DNA of 64,000 nt, taken from the NCBI GenBank assembly GCA_036336855.1, contig JAYZFI010000036.1, positions 14,871-78,870 on the forward strand. Direction: 5' to 3'. Below the pieces are notes generated by a model. It made no database searches, was not told where the DNA came from, and saw only the letters and a list, made by a program, of their open reading frames with translations. Positions 26,601 through 34,880 of the stretch are shown in pieces. The translations under genes were made by a program, and so were the position numbers. Each line of letters begins with the position of its first letter. The stretch's first letter is position 1. This DNA comes from Candidatus Latescibacterota bacterium. Its GTDB lineage: Bacteria; Latescibacterota; UBA2968; UBA8231.

Positions 26601-28315
26601 GCATTGTCGACCGGATCCTTGGGCTCGGCGCTACGCCTGGGCAACAGACGCAAGCGACCGTCGATAGCGACGAAGACGTCGAGGATGTTCTTGTTGTGAT
26701 CCTTCCGCAGTTGCGCTGGGTCGGAACCGAACAGATCCGGATCGTCCAGCGCCTGTTGCAGCGCCGAATTGATGATCTCGCTCTGTAGCGCCAGGTTGCC
26801 GAAGTCCACCTTGTCGGCAGTGTCGAGGGGCGTGTCCAACACCATTCGCTTGTCAGTGGTGGTGACTAGGTTCAGCGCCATCAACCCCGCGTCTACGGCA
26901 ATCTTGCCGGGCTCACGGTAGACATCGTCGTCGAGATAGCTGTCCCAAGACAGGCCCTTGATCGGGCTGATCAAGTTCACCAGCGCCGTGGACTCGCGCT
27001 TGAGCTCGGCGGCGGCTACCTCGGCGTATTGCATGAAGCGGCGTCCAAGGGGCACAAAAAATTGGCGATGCGCCGGAAGACGGGCGCTATGTACGACCCC
27101 GACCTGGTTGCTCTTCGACGACAGCTCAAGACCGATGAAGAGGGCAATGTCAAGAGAGTCTGGCTCGATACGGATTCCGATGTCGACGGAATCGGGTTTG
27201 ATACGTCGCAACTTGAGCGCCGCCCTCAGCTTGGGCATGTTCACGGAGTCGAGTCTCAGTTGACCATTTTGCTCATTTTCGACGAGCTCGATGCCTAGCG
27301 TGTCGGGGGTGATACCGCGGGCGGCGGTGGCGGCGATCAGCGTCTCCACGTCGAGGGAGTCGGCGATAAAGCGCTTGGGCATGCGGTCTTTGAAGGGCGC
27401 CACCTTACGGGCGTGCTTGTCGAACCACTCGAACAGGCCACGGTAGCCCTGGAAGTTCGAGCCCGCCGCCAGCAGGGCGACAGTCCGCCCCGGAGGCTGC
27501 GCCTGTAGGTGACGGGCGAGTTCCAAGAGCACGGAGATGCTGGAGGCGGCTTCTGCTGACGGTGACACCGAGGGCACGACGGAGGTTCCGTCGTAGTATG
27601 CCTCGACGAGGACAACCTCGTCCTTCAATACCGGATCGGTGCCGGGCACAATCCCCCAGATGTTCCAACTCGTCGCCTTCTCGAAGTCCATCCGCGCGTG
27701 CATGCGCACTGGCAACGATCCCCTGCCGATACGCGCCTTCAGGGTCAGCCCGGTGTTGCGATCGAGCCAGAATCGGGGCACGCGCACCGGCGCCCACGAC
27801 CACTTATGACGTGCCTCCCACAGCGTGGTCTCCTCAGGGGCGATGAAGATGATAGCCGCTGCTCCCAGTGCGGCCGCGTTCTTCCAATTCGCCCAGGAGT
27901 TGAACTCCATGAGCACGACATTGCCCTCAACCTCGAAGCCGTTGAAGTCCTCGTACTCCCCTGTGCTCCCGTAGAACAGCTCGGCTTCGAGGCCTTCAGG
28001 ACCGAGAGTGTTGGTACGCACCAGATTGGGCCACATGGAAGTGATGGGAACGTCCTCCACCGCCTCCCCCGCCACGGATAGCAGCTGCAACGAAGCGCCC
28101 TTGTCGATGGGCATGACCAGCTCGTAGGGCTCGCGTTTCACTTTGGTGACACCAGCGGCGATGAACTCACGCTCCACGTAGCTAGCGGCGAAGCGATCCC
28201 CGGGGTAGCCGGGGTGTCGGGCACCGTGAGAGGAGAGCTCGCGAATCGTGTGCGTGAGGCGGGCCACCGTCTCGTCGCGCTCGGCGTGCAGCCCAGCCGC
28301 GGCCATGAGCAACAC
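23675..28315 (-). CDS. Giant fusion: PA-domain/M28-peptidase-like ectodomain (metal ligands apparently degenerate) + duplicated FtsX-type permease + unknown C-terminal domain (operon gene 2)
   Basis: 1546 aa. PA-like block: FNGFEVEGNVVLMEF...AAALGAAAIIFI. M28-like blocks: NIWGIVPG...VVLVEAYYDG, SAEAASSISVLLELARHL. FtsX module: RRVMRTSLTLATITLL then a roughly 280-aa loop then ALVIPMLIAALIVLNTMMGAVYERFREIGVYSSVGL. An earlier degenerate FtsX-like helix triplet lies at aa 835-912. The start may be TTG at 28321 (LGVLLMAAAGLHA is signal-like). Confidence 0.9.
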   Translation of the reverse strand: MLLMAAAGLHAERDETVARLTHTIRELSSHGARHPGYPGDRFAASYVEREFIAAGVTKVKREPYELVMPIDKGASLQLLSVAGEAVEDVPITSMWPNLVRTNTLGPEGLEAELFYGSTGEYEDFNGFEVEGNVVLMEFNSWANWKNAAALGAAAIIFIAPEETTLWEARHKWSWAPVRVPRFWLDRNTGLTLKARIGRGSLPVRMHARMDFEKATSWNIWGIVPGTDPVLKDEVVLVEAYYDGTSVVPSVSPSAEAASSISVLLELARHLQAQPPGRTVALLAAGSNFQGYRGLFEWFDKHARKVAPFKDRMPKRFIADSLDVETLIAATAARGITPDTLGIELVENEQNGQLRLDSVNMPKLRAALKLRRIKPDSVDIGIRIEPDSLDIALFIGLELSSKSNQVGVVHSARLPAHRQFFVPLGRRFMQYAEVAAAELKRESTALVNLISPIKGLSWDSYLDDDVYREPGKIAVDAGLMALNLVTTTDKRMVLDTPLDTADKVDFGNLALQSEIINSALQQALDDPDLFGSDPAQLRKDHNKNILDVFVAIDGRLRLLPRRSAEPKDPVDNALVWIRKLGHRSNMWRPRLEIADEYGNYKSRGLSKRPTQLHSYKMDLETGEITHATDHGERAQAIGAWEQTLGKAETAWTTIMFPAESIEIYDRVHAHFHFAMGNFSKEMKVLDRRGATPRQYGFAMGDVDEQMMLLFAGLEDSLRVVSESMILLGNEGTTDETTGQGRGFGFAGNRMVRHSMLQSTKDMWRLDEARIERMREFAIENPRLEALHDRAARSIEKADQAITDLNWGDYIRHAREAIGLEFGAYPDVRGTQNDVMNGLVFFMALLVPAAFFAERLIFASTDVRRQLAMFGAITAVIWLIMSQVHPAFELAQPIIVLLALMVIVMAFFVISLVMSRFNEFMTELSQTRSGTASGEISRSGTAYVAFMLGISNMRRRVMRTSLTLATITLLTFTVLSFTSFRPQIQFVGFLKDWKPAYHGLLMHDIHWWSWEPTHFDYLNDHFGAHGVVVPRTWDIMGFEEDGFIPLRHDGLEAGALGLLGMDRREPQVTGIDQALVAGSWFEKEFEGSVILADAMAERLQITSEEVEAAERGEQAAPKVQIHGRWWDVRGIYDSQVLESIRDLNNQPMTPAKEQFEQFNMPGMDVMFLMNEMMLFEADVDIGYEHQAAARLAILPYRELESMGAELMSVAVRFDDDTDAEALIQSYLSRAAFRLFVGMPDDEGELRTFAYTAFGSTSAEGFGALVIPMLIAALIVLNTMMGAVYERFREIGVYSSVGLAPIHIAFLFIAEACVYGVLGVVIGYIVGQVGAKILLALNMLGGVSLNYSSTSAVAGAMLVMLVVIVSTLYPSRVASQMAVPDVVRRWQLPDPDGDVWQFSFPFTVNVNAIESLCGYLYTLFSSHGHESVGKMYTEKTRIVVEETDQIKVYSVQLLLWLAPFDMGVSQYLQFTTMPTQDPSIHEIDLYIERISGPLAFWKRLNLGFMLELRKQFLVWQTLRDDIQQRHTETCRHVAQRADDLGFADGEAAG

Positions 28316-28352
28316 CCCAAGCGCTGCCGAGATGTGAAAGGGGACTTTCAGG

Positions 28353-30524
28353 TCAGATCCAGAAGATAGAGTTGCTCACCGTGCCGGTGAGATAGTCGAC
28401 CACCAGCCAGCCGCCGCTGATGAACATGCGTCCAGCGATCATGCCGAGGAAGAAATTCCGGCTCTTGGCGAACGTGATGGCGCCGCCGTACTTGAGGACG
28501 AACACCTTGACCAGCCAGGCGAAGAACACACTGAACCACATCCAATCCACCACCCAGCTGGTCATGATGGGAAAGCCAATAGGGTGCAGGGGCCACCATA
28601 GAAATCGTTGATGTAGCCAAGTCAGCGCCAGCATGCCCACGGCGCCAACGCCCATGAAGCCCATCCCCGGCCAGTACACCCCTGGGGTTTCCATGCCCTT
28701 GATCGCCGTGCGGCAAATAACGGCGGGCATGCTCTTGTAGAACCAGCCGCTGAAATTAATGCCGCCGTCGCGGTAGGCGAGCTCGAGAACGGTGTAGAGC
28801 GACCCTGTGACACCGAGGAAGATGGCGATGAGGATCGACCAGAATACGATACGCCGGCTGTGCGTGTTCATGCCTTCGATGAGCTTCAGGCCGTTGGCCA
28901 CTAGCCCCATCAGAAAGACCCGGATATCAGCGGCGAAGATGTAGCCCAGAGAGATGTTGGTGATCGCCGTGGCTCCCAGCAGCTTGGAGCCGAGGCCGAA
29001 GACCATGAAGTCGCAGGCGTTCATCGGCGTGATGATCGCCGCCACTCCCGACTCGGCGACCACACGAGAAAGCCCCGTGAAGATGATCATGAGCACGGCG
29101 ATGAAGAGCACGCTCGCCCACAGCGGCGTACCCAGCCAGGTGAACCAACCGATCATCACTGCAGTGCCCACCAGCGTGCCGAGCACGGCGGCGCGGTATG
29201 ACATGATCTCGTCGTCGTCGCTGAGCTCGGTGTCCTTGCCCAGAAAATTCAGCGCCACTTGCTTCAGGTGCTCTCGGCCCACCCACAGCCCGATGGCGAC
29301 GAACACAATGAGGGCGCCAAGCCCCTGGTAGTTGATGAGCTCCGTCACCCGCACCGACCACACGTCCTGCTGCTTGGTCACGCCGTTGGCGACGAACATC
29401 ATGCGCTCGAACTTCGACACCAGGGCGAAGCCCCAGATGCCCATGGCAATGTCGGGCCCGAGGAGGTAGGAGAACCCGACCACGGCGAAGCTGATCGTCA
29501 TGTTGATGGACTGACCGAAGCCGATGGGGAAGCTCCAGGCCGTGGGAATAAGCGGCCAGCCACCGAGGTACTTGTTGAGGCCAGTGAACAGGCCCACGAG
29601 AATGGGCAGCGCCGCCCCAGCCCACATGGCCTTGCTCTTGAAGAACGGATTCACCATCGACTGCTCGTCTTCGCCGCGGATGATAACCTGCGCCGCTTGC
29701 ACCAGCGGGTAGGACAGTCGCTCCCGATCCATCCACTGGCGCCGCAGAATCACCATGATGCTGACCATGGTCACGTACAGCGACAGGAGCATCACCGCCC
29801 ACAGCAGCATGGGACGCAACCACAGCATCCACGGGATCGAGTAATTCACGCCGGCGCCGTAGCCTTCGAAGAACTTGGCGTTCTCCATGCCGTCGTTAGC
29901 CATGATCTCCATCGGCAGGTGGGGAAACAGAAGCTCTTCCCACTTGTTCTCCGGACTCGCGTAGTAGAAAGCGCCGGAGATCGCCGGCAGGATGGTCTCG
30001 CACAGCCCCATCGTCGACACCGAGGCGACGACGATGAGCATGATGTAAACGACGATGAGTTCGGAGCGGTTGAGGGCGAGGCTGCGCCGACCCGCGGCGA
30101 CGAGGACGGTGTTGGCGAACAGAGACAGAACTAGGAAGCTGGAGAACAACGCCCCCGGCGAGTACGCCACCAGCCCCTTGTCGAAAGGGTAGTAGTGTAC
30201 GGCCCAGGCGAGGGCGACAAGCACTGTGAGCGCCCCAGAGATCGCCACGGTGCGCCCGGTGATTTTGTAGAGAGTGTTGAGGCCGCCAACAAGGACGAGA
30301 AAGAGGAAGATCGCCCCAGGGGTGGTGAAATCCAGGGTCATGTACGACCCCTTGAGCACTGCATCGGCGTAGTTGGATCCCACTGCTAGGAAGAACGAGA
30401 GGAACGAGCCTACCGCCAGTGCACGCTTGGTGAGGGGCTGGTGGCCGGCCTCCTCCTCCTGCGTGACCGAGGCGCCTCGCAGAGACAGGTAACGCCGGAA
30501 ATCGATGGGGATTCCGACTCTCAT
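28353..30524 (-). CDS. Polytopic membrane protein, distantly OPT-transporter-like (operon gene 1)
   Basis: 723 aa with more than 14 hydrophobic helices. The N-terminal LTKRALAVGSFLSFFLAVGSNYADAVLKG and the RERLSYPLVQAAQVI loop parallel gene 3 and the OPT family. I recall similar proteins annotated as DUF6785/DUF6784 but cannot verify this. Confidence 0.85.
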   Translation of the reverse strand: MRVGIPIDFRRYLSLRGASVTQEEEAGHQPLTKRALAVGSFLSFFLAVGSNYADAVLKGSYMTLDFTTPGAIFLFLVLVGGLNTLYKITGRTVAISGALTVLVALAWAVHYYPFDKGLVAYSPGALFSSFLVLSLFANTVLVAAGRRSLALNRSELIVVYIMLIVVASVSTMGLCETILPAISGAFYYASPENKWEELLFPHLPMEIMANDGMENAKFFEGYGAGVNYSIPWMLWLRPMLLWAVMLLSLYVTMVSIMVILRRQWMDRERLSYPLVQAAQVIIRGEDEQSMVNPFFKSKAMWAGAALPILVGLFTGLNKYLGGWPLIPTAWSFPIGFGQSINMTISFAVVGFSYLLGPDIAMGIWGFALVSKFERMMFVANGVTKQQDVWSVRVTELINYQGLGALIVFVAIGLWVGREHLKQVALNFLGKDTELSDDDEIMSYRAAVLGTLVGTAVMIGWFTWLGTPLWASVLFIAVLMIIFTGLSRVVAESGVAAIITPMNACDFMVFGLGSKLLGATAITNISLGYIFAADIRVFLMGLVANGLKLIEGMNTHSRRIVFWSILIAIFLGVTGSLYTVLELAYRDGGINFSGWFYKSMPAVICRTAIKGMETPGVYWPGMGFMGVGAVGMLALTWLHQRFLWWPLHPIGFPIMTSWVVDWMWFSVFFAWLVKVFVLKYGGAITFAKSRNFFLGMIAGRMFISGGWLVVDYLTGTVSNSIFWI

Positions 30525-30627
30525 CGATACAGGCTCGCTACGGCAGCCGATCGGCGCACGAAACGCTTCCTCCCGGAGGTAGATAAGTATCTATGAATGC
30601 TGAACTTCCGCCCGATGATAGAAATCC

Positions 30628-30657
30628 AACGTAGCTTGGATCCGAGCGAATTGTCAA
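30628..30657 (-). promoter_or_regulatory. Candidate promoter of the three-gene membrane operon
   Basis: Minus strand reads TTGACA (30652-30657), an 18-nt spacer, then TACGTT (30628-30633). It sits in the 200-bp spacer upstream of gene 1. Confidence 0.3.
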
Positions 30658-30724
30658 GCCGACTTCGACGCGGCTCGAGGACTGTTTTCCGACCCGAGCC
30701 GACCTGCTGTCGGCCGTTCCGGGC

Positions 30725-31912
30725 CTACTCCCCCGAATGGGCAAACTCAGTGGCGATGAGGGCGTAGAGCTCCGCGACTCGCACGAGTTCGGCAACAGGG
30801 ACACGCTCGCTGATGGTGTGAGCCCCCCGGGAAGCAGGACCGTGCGTGACGCTGGGCACGCCGGCGGCACAAAACCGATTGCCGTCGTCTAGGAAGGGCT
30901 TGGCCCCCACCGGCAGTTCACACCCCCCAGACTGCTGGCGGTAGCAGCGCTGAAAAGCAGTGACCAGGGGCTCGTCATCGCCGAGCTCGAAGGCATCACC
31001 CATTTGAGAGAACTCGACGTCGACCTCAACACCGTGATTCTCCGCCACGGACCATGCCATGCTTTCGATCTCCACGCGGGCCCGAACGCCGCTACCGGGC
31101 GCAACCCAGCGGCGAGTGCCCTTCACCTGTCCATTCACTGGACTCTGGTTGTAGATCTCGCCTACCTGCACGAGCCCGACGAAGGCGGAGTCGGTGCCTG
31201 TCACCGGGTGAGCCTTCACACTGAGCTCGACGTTCCACTCCTTCATCTTCACGGCGAACTCCGCCGCCGCCCCGACCACATCGCCCGTTCCTTCCGGCCG
31301 TAGCACTTCGTGGGTGGGTTCACCAGATCGGCGGAAGTTGGCCTCGAAGATCGCCATACCGCGGCCGGCCATGGGCATCAGGTCGCTGAGGTACTCGGGA
31401 ATGAGCACGCCGTCGCCGGTGTAGCCGTCGCGAATCAGCGCCTCGACCTGACGACCGTCACCCCACGGGCCCTCGTGGTGATCGTGGGCGGTGAGCAGGA
31501 CGGTGCCGACCTGCAGCAGCTCACACTCGCGCAGCACCCGCACCGCCTCCACGCAGCAGGCGATGCCCCCCTTCATGTCAGCTGCGCCGAGACCGGTGAG
31601 CATGCCATCGCTCACCTCCGCCTCGTAAAACGGCAGGGGCACGGTGTCGAGATGACCGTTGAACTGCAGGCAGGGGCCTGGCGTTGCGCTGTCGTAACGC
31701 AGCGCCACCGCGGGTGACTCCGCCCAATCAGCGACGGGCCTCTTCACCGAGAACCCCTCCGAAATCAACATCTCGGCCAACCCATCGGCGACCTCGGCGG
31801 CGCTGCGTGTGGGGCTATAAATGCGCACCAGCTTCAACGCCGTCTCAAGCAACCGCTGCTGATTCACGGCAGAGGCGATGCGTGCCTGGGTGTCTCGCAG
31901 ATTCTCGGTCAT
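30725..31912 (-). CDS. M20-family metallopeptidase (ArgE/DapE/ACY1/CPG2-like)
   Basis: NGHLDTVP and GLGAADMKGG motifs are present. I chose the ATG at 31912 (MTENLRD), directly after the upstream gene stop at 31914. The longer ORF reaching 32221 overlaps that gene. Confidence 0.85.
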   Translation of the reverse strand: MTENLRDTQARIASAVNQQRLLETALKLVRIYSPTRSAAEVADGLAEMLISEGFSVKRPVADWAESPAVALRYDSATPGPCLQFNGHLDTVPLPFYEAEVSDGMLTGLGAADMKGGIACCVEAVRVLRECELLQVGTVLLTAHDHHEGPWGDGRQVEALIRDGYTGDGVLIPEYLSDLMPMAGRGMAIFEANFRRSGEPTHEVLRPEGTGDVVGAAAEFAVKMKEWNVELSVKAHPVTGTDSAFVGLVQVGEIYNQSPVNGQVKGTRRWVAPGSGVRARVEIESMAWSVAENHGVEVDVEFSQMGDAFELGDDEPLVTAFQRCYRQQSGGCELPVGAKPFLDDGNRFCAAGVPSVTHGPASRGAHTISERVPVAELVRVAELYALIATEFAHSGE

Positions 31913-31913
31913 G

Positions 31914-33017
31914 TCAATCGAGCTCGAAGTCAGGCAACCCGGCGGGAACTGCCGCCGGCTGCATGCAGGTGCTCTGCAGCTGGTGATGGACGCCAGCGTC
32001 GGCAGCGTCATGGAAGGCGTGCATGAGATCGAGGACGTGGAAGGTGAGATCGCCGTTGGCTCGGTGCTCCCGCCCCAGGCGTAGGGCGTATGCCATGTCG
32101 GCGACACCGATGCTACGGCTCTGCGCAGCGTTGCCGTGGGACAAATCAGTGACTTCCACCCAGTCATCCCCCTTGCTCTTGATGTACACGGGGCCGCCGA
32201 AAGTGTTGGGGTCGGGCACACTCAACGAACCCTCGGTGCCGTAGATCTCAATGCGCGGCAGAGTCATGCCTCCCCACACGTCGAAGCTCGTCGTAATTGT
32301 GCCAATGGCGCCGTTGGCGAACTCCATAATACCGGCGATGTGAGTGGGCACGTCGACGCGGATGATGGTGCCCCGTTTGGGCTCGCTGACAATCTCGCGC
32401 TCAGGATAGGTAATGCGGGTGCTGCCCGTGATACGCCGCACCGGACCCATCAAGTTCACCAGCGCCGTCAGGTAGTACGGCCCCATGTCGAACATGGGCC
32501 CGCCCCCCTTCTTGTAGTAGAACTCGGGATCTGGGTGCCAACTCTCGTGGCCGTGACCCATCATGAAGGCCGTCGCTGCCACCGGCTCGCCGATGCGTCC
32601 GTCGTCGATGAGCTTGCGGCAGGTCTGGATGCCAGCGCCGAGGAAGGTGTCGGGGGCACCGCCGACACGCAGTCCCTTGTCTTGCGCGAGCTCCACCAAT
32701 GCCGCCCCTTCACTGCGCTCCACCGCCATGGGCTTCTCGCTGTAGGCACATTTGTCGGCCTCCAGGGAAGCGCGGGCAATTTCGTAGTGCGCCGCCGGGA
32801 TCGTCAGATTGATGACGATCTCGATCTCGTCGTCGGAGAGCAGCTCGTCCACCGTACAGTCGCGGGGCACGTCGTACTCCTCGGCCCGCGCCCGGGCACG
32901 CTCTGGGAGCATATCAGCGACAGCGACAACATCAAGGATCTCCCAGTTGGCGGAGACGGAGAGGTAGGCGCCACTGATGGCACCGCAGCCGACGATTCCG
33001 ACCTTCACGCTCTGCAT
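31914..33017 (-). CDS. Gfo/Idh/MocA-family NAD(P)-dependent oxidoreductase
   Basis: The N-terminal Rossmann motif [15 protein letters not shown] and the family-typical EKP block (YSEKPMA). Confidence 0.9.
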   Translation of the reverse strand: MQSVKVGIVGCGAISGAYLSVSANWEILDVVAVADMLPERARARAEEYDVPRDCTVDELLSDDEIEIVINLTIPAAHYEIARASLEADKCAYSEKPMAVERSEGAALVELAQDKGLRVGGAPDTFLGAGIQTCRKLIDDGRIGEPVAATAFMMGHGHESWHPDPEFYYKKGGGPMFDMGPYYLTALVNLMGPVRRITGSTRITYPEREIVSEPKRGTIIRVDVPTHIAGIMEFANGAIGTITTSFDVWGGMTLPRIEIYGTEGSLSVPDPNTFGGPVYIKSKGDDWVEVTDLSHGNAAQSRSIGVADMAYALRLGREHRANGDLTFHVLDLMHAFHDAADAGVHHQLQSTCMQPAAVPAGLPDFELD

Positions 33018-33141
33018 CTCTCACCCCTTCCCTTCTGCTGGTTGACCGACAGGGCGCCAGGCGATCCGCGCCCAGAGATTCACTATAGTAGCAGCCTTCG
33101 GATTCCGGCGACAGATTCCCCTATCCTCCAGGACACTCTCT

Positions 33142-34746
33142 ATGCCCCTTCCCCCACCTTCACCTCCCTACCGCGTCATCTACAACTGGGACGGCGCACC
33201 CCACGGCTACACGCCGGTGCCCCAGTCCATCGAGGATTTCCTGGACGGGGTGTACGCGCCGCTGCGCGACACCCAGGTAGACGCCCTGTTCTGGTGTGTC
33301 GGCGAGCACACGGCGCGCTGGCAGAGCCAGCGGTTGGAGCAGCTCGGCGACTTGCACGATCGTCGTTACGAGAGCGCCGCCGCCTACACGCACACCGAGA
33401 ACATCCGCCTCATGCTCGAGCGCGGCGTGGATCCGCAGGCCGAAATCATTCGCCGCGGTCACGAGCTCGGCATCGCGGTGTACGGCTCACTGCGGATGAA
33501 CGACAACCACTTCGATGGCGCCCAGCTCGCCGACCTTCCCAGACTACATCATACCGAGCTCACCGAGCTGCGCCGTCAGCACCCGGAGTGGCTCCTTGGC
33601 AATCGTACGGCGGAGTGGTTCGCCCTCTCCTGGGACCTGAGCGTTCCCGAAGTGCGCCGCCATCGTCTCGATCACGTGCGCGAGCTCTGTGAGAACTACG
33701 AGTGGGACGGCATCGAACTTGACTGGCAACGCCACGCCTTTCACCTGCCGCGAGACCTATCCTACCGTCTGCGCTGGACCCTCACTGACCTGCAGCGCGC
33801 CGCCCGGGAGATCACTCGCAAACGCGCCGAACAACTCGGCCGGCCCTTCCACTTGGCGGCACGGGTTTCTGGATCGCTACGCGGTTGTGACGACATCGGG
33901 TATGACGTCGAGACCTGGGTGCGCGAAGGCCTAGTGGACGTGCTCATTCCCGCCGGCAATGCCGCTACCGACCCCGCCATCGAGGTGGCAGAGTTCGTTG
34001 CCCTCTGCGAGCCCCATGGGGTCGCCGTGTACCCGGGCTTCGATGGCGGCCTCCCGGGCGGCAGCACGGCCCCAGAGGGCCCTATTCGCAAGGACCGCCT
34101 ACGCACCCGCGCCATCGGTGCCCGCCATCGCCACCTCGGTGCCACCGGGATCTATGTCTTCAACTGGCACTCCGGTGCGATAGGACCGCGAGTCGACATG
34201 CTCCATGAGATCGGTGAGGACGAGACGTTGGCCCCCACAGACAAGGTCTATGCTGCCACCCATCGCGTCGTTGTGGAGGAAGGCCCCTGGCGTGGCGCTT
34301 ACCGCGGCGATCGGCTCCGCGGACAGGTGCCGGTACCTCTGTGCAAATCCCTCACCGACACCGGACCGGTCATCTTCATCGAGCTTGCTGACGAGACTAC
34401 AGCGGCGCCACCCTTGGCGGTGGAGCTACGCATCCGCATTGACGAGTGGATTGAGGGCGACGGCGTCGCCGTGCGCTGGAACGGTGAGGAACTCTCCGGG
34501 GGCGAGCCCCATTACGACCTACCCGCCAGCAACGCCGACCTCAACGCGGTGCCCTTGCCGATCTCCCAGGTAAGCAGCGCCGCGTGGCTGCGCTTCGCCC
34601 TTTCGCCCGACAGTGTACAGGCCGGCTGTCACACCGTGGAAGTTGTGCTGCGCCGACGCCACCCCCAGCTGGCCTGCGATCTACAGCTCACCGATGTCGA
34701 AGTCGCTGTGGCCCACACCTCGGAGTACGCGGAAAGCCTCCTGTAA
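33142..34746 (+). CDS. Uncharacterised TIM-barrel glycoside-hydrolase-like protein (GHL10/DUF187-like by eye), paralog 1 of 3
   Basis: 534 aa. It shares blocks with the ORFs at 53035-54507 and 54524-56134: an N-terminal I/LY.NDG.H motif, a (D/E)G(I/V/F)ELD/Q strand (WDGIELDWQRH), and WV/L/M..GLVD.(L/V)IP. A C-terminal beta-rich domain follows. Confidence 0.65.
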   Translation: MPLPPPSPPYRVIYNWDGAPHGYTPVPQSIEDFLDGVYAPLRDTQVDALFWCVGEHTARWQSQRLEQLGDLHDRRYESAAAYTHTENIRLMLERGVDPQAEIIRRGHELGIAVYGSLRMNDNHFDGAQLADLPRLHHTELTELRRQHPEWLLGNRTAEWFALSWDLSVPEVRRHRLDHVRELCENYEWDGIELDWQRHAFHLPRDLSYRLRWTLTDLQRAAREITRKRAEQLGRPFHLAARVSGSLRGCDDIGYDVETWVREGLVDVLIPAGNAATDPAIEVAEFVALCEPHGVAVYPGFDGGLPGGSTAPEGPIRKDRLRTRAIGARHRHLGATGIYVFNWHSGAIGPRVDMLHEIGEDETLAPTDKVYAATHRVVVEEGPWRGAYRGDRLRGQVPVPLCKSLTDTGPVIFIELADETTAAPPLAVELRIRIDEWIEGDGVAVRWNGEELSGGEPHYDLPASNADLNAVPLPISQVSSAAWLRFALSPDSVQAGCHTVEVVLRRRHPQLACDLQLTDVEVAVAHTSEYAESLL

Positions 34747-34880
34747 TGAGGAATCGCGCCCAATTTGGAGAGGCTACTTCAGAGCGGCAAGCAGTGACCA
34801 CGTGAGCGCACCTCCGGTCATTCCTGCGGATCCCGAGATCGATTTGCTTTCGTATCCCCGAGCGAGGCAGAAACAACGCC

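Noticed and set aside
30697-30714. A GCCGAC-N6-GTCGGC hairpin just after the M20 gene stop.
   Set aside because: The stem is short and has no following U-tract, so terminator function is not supportable.
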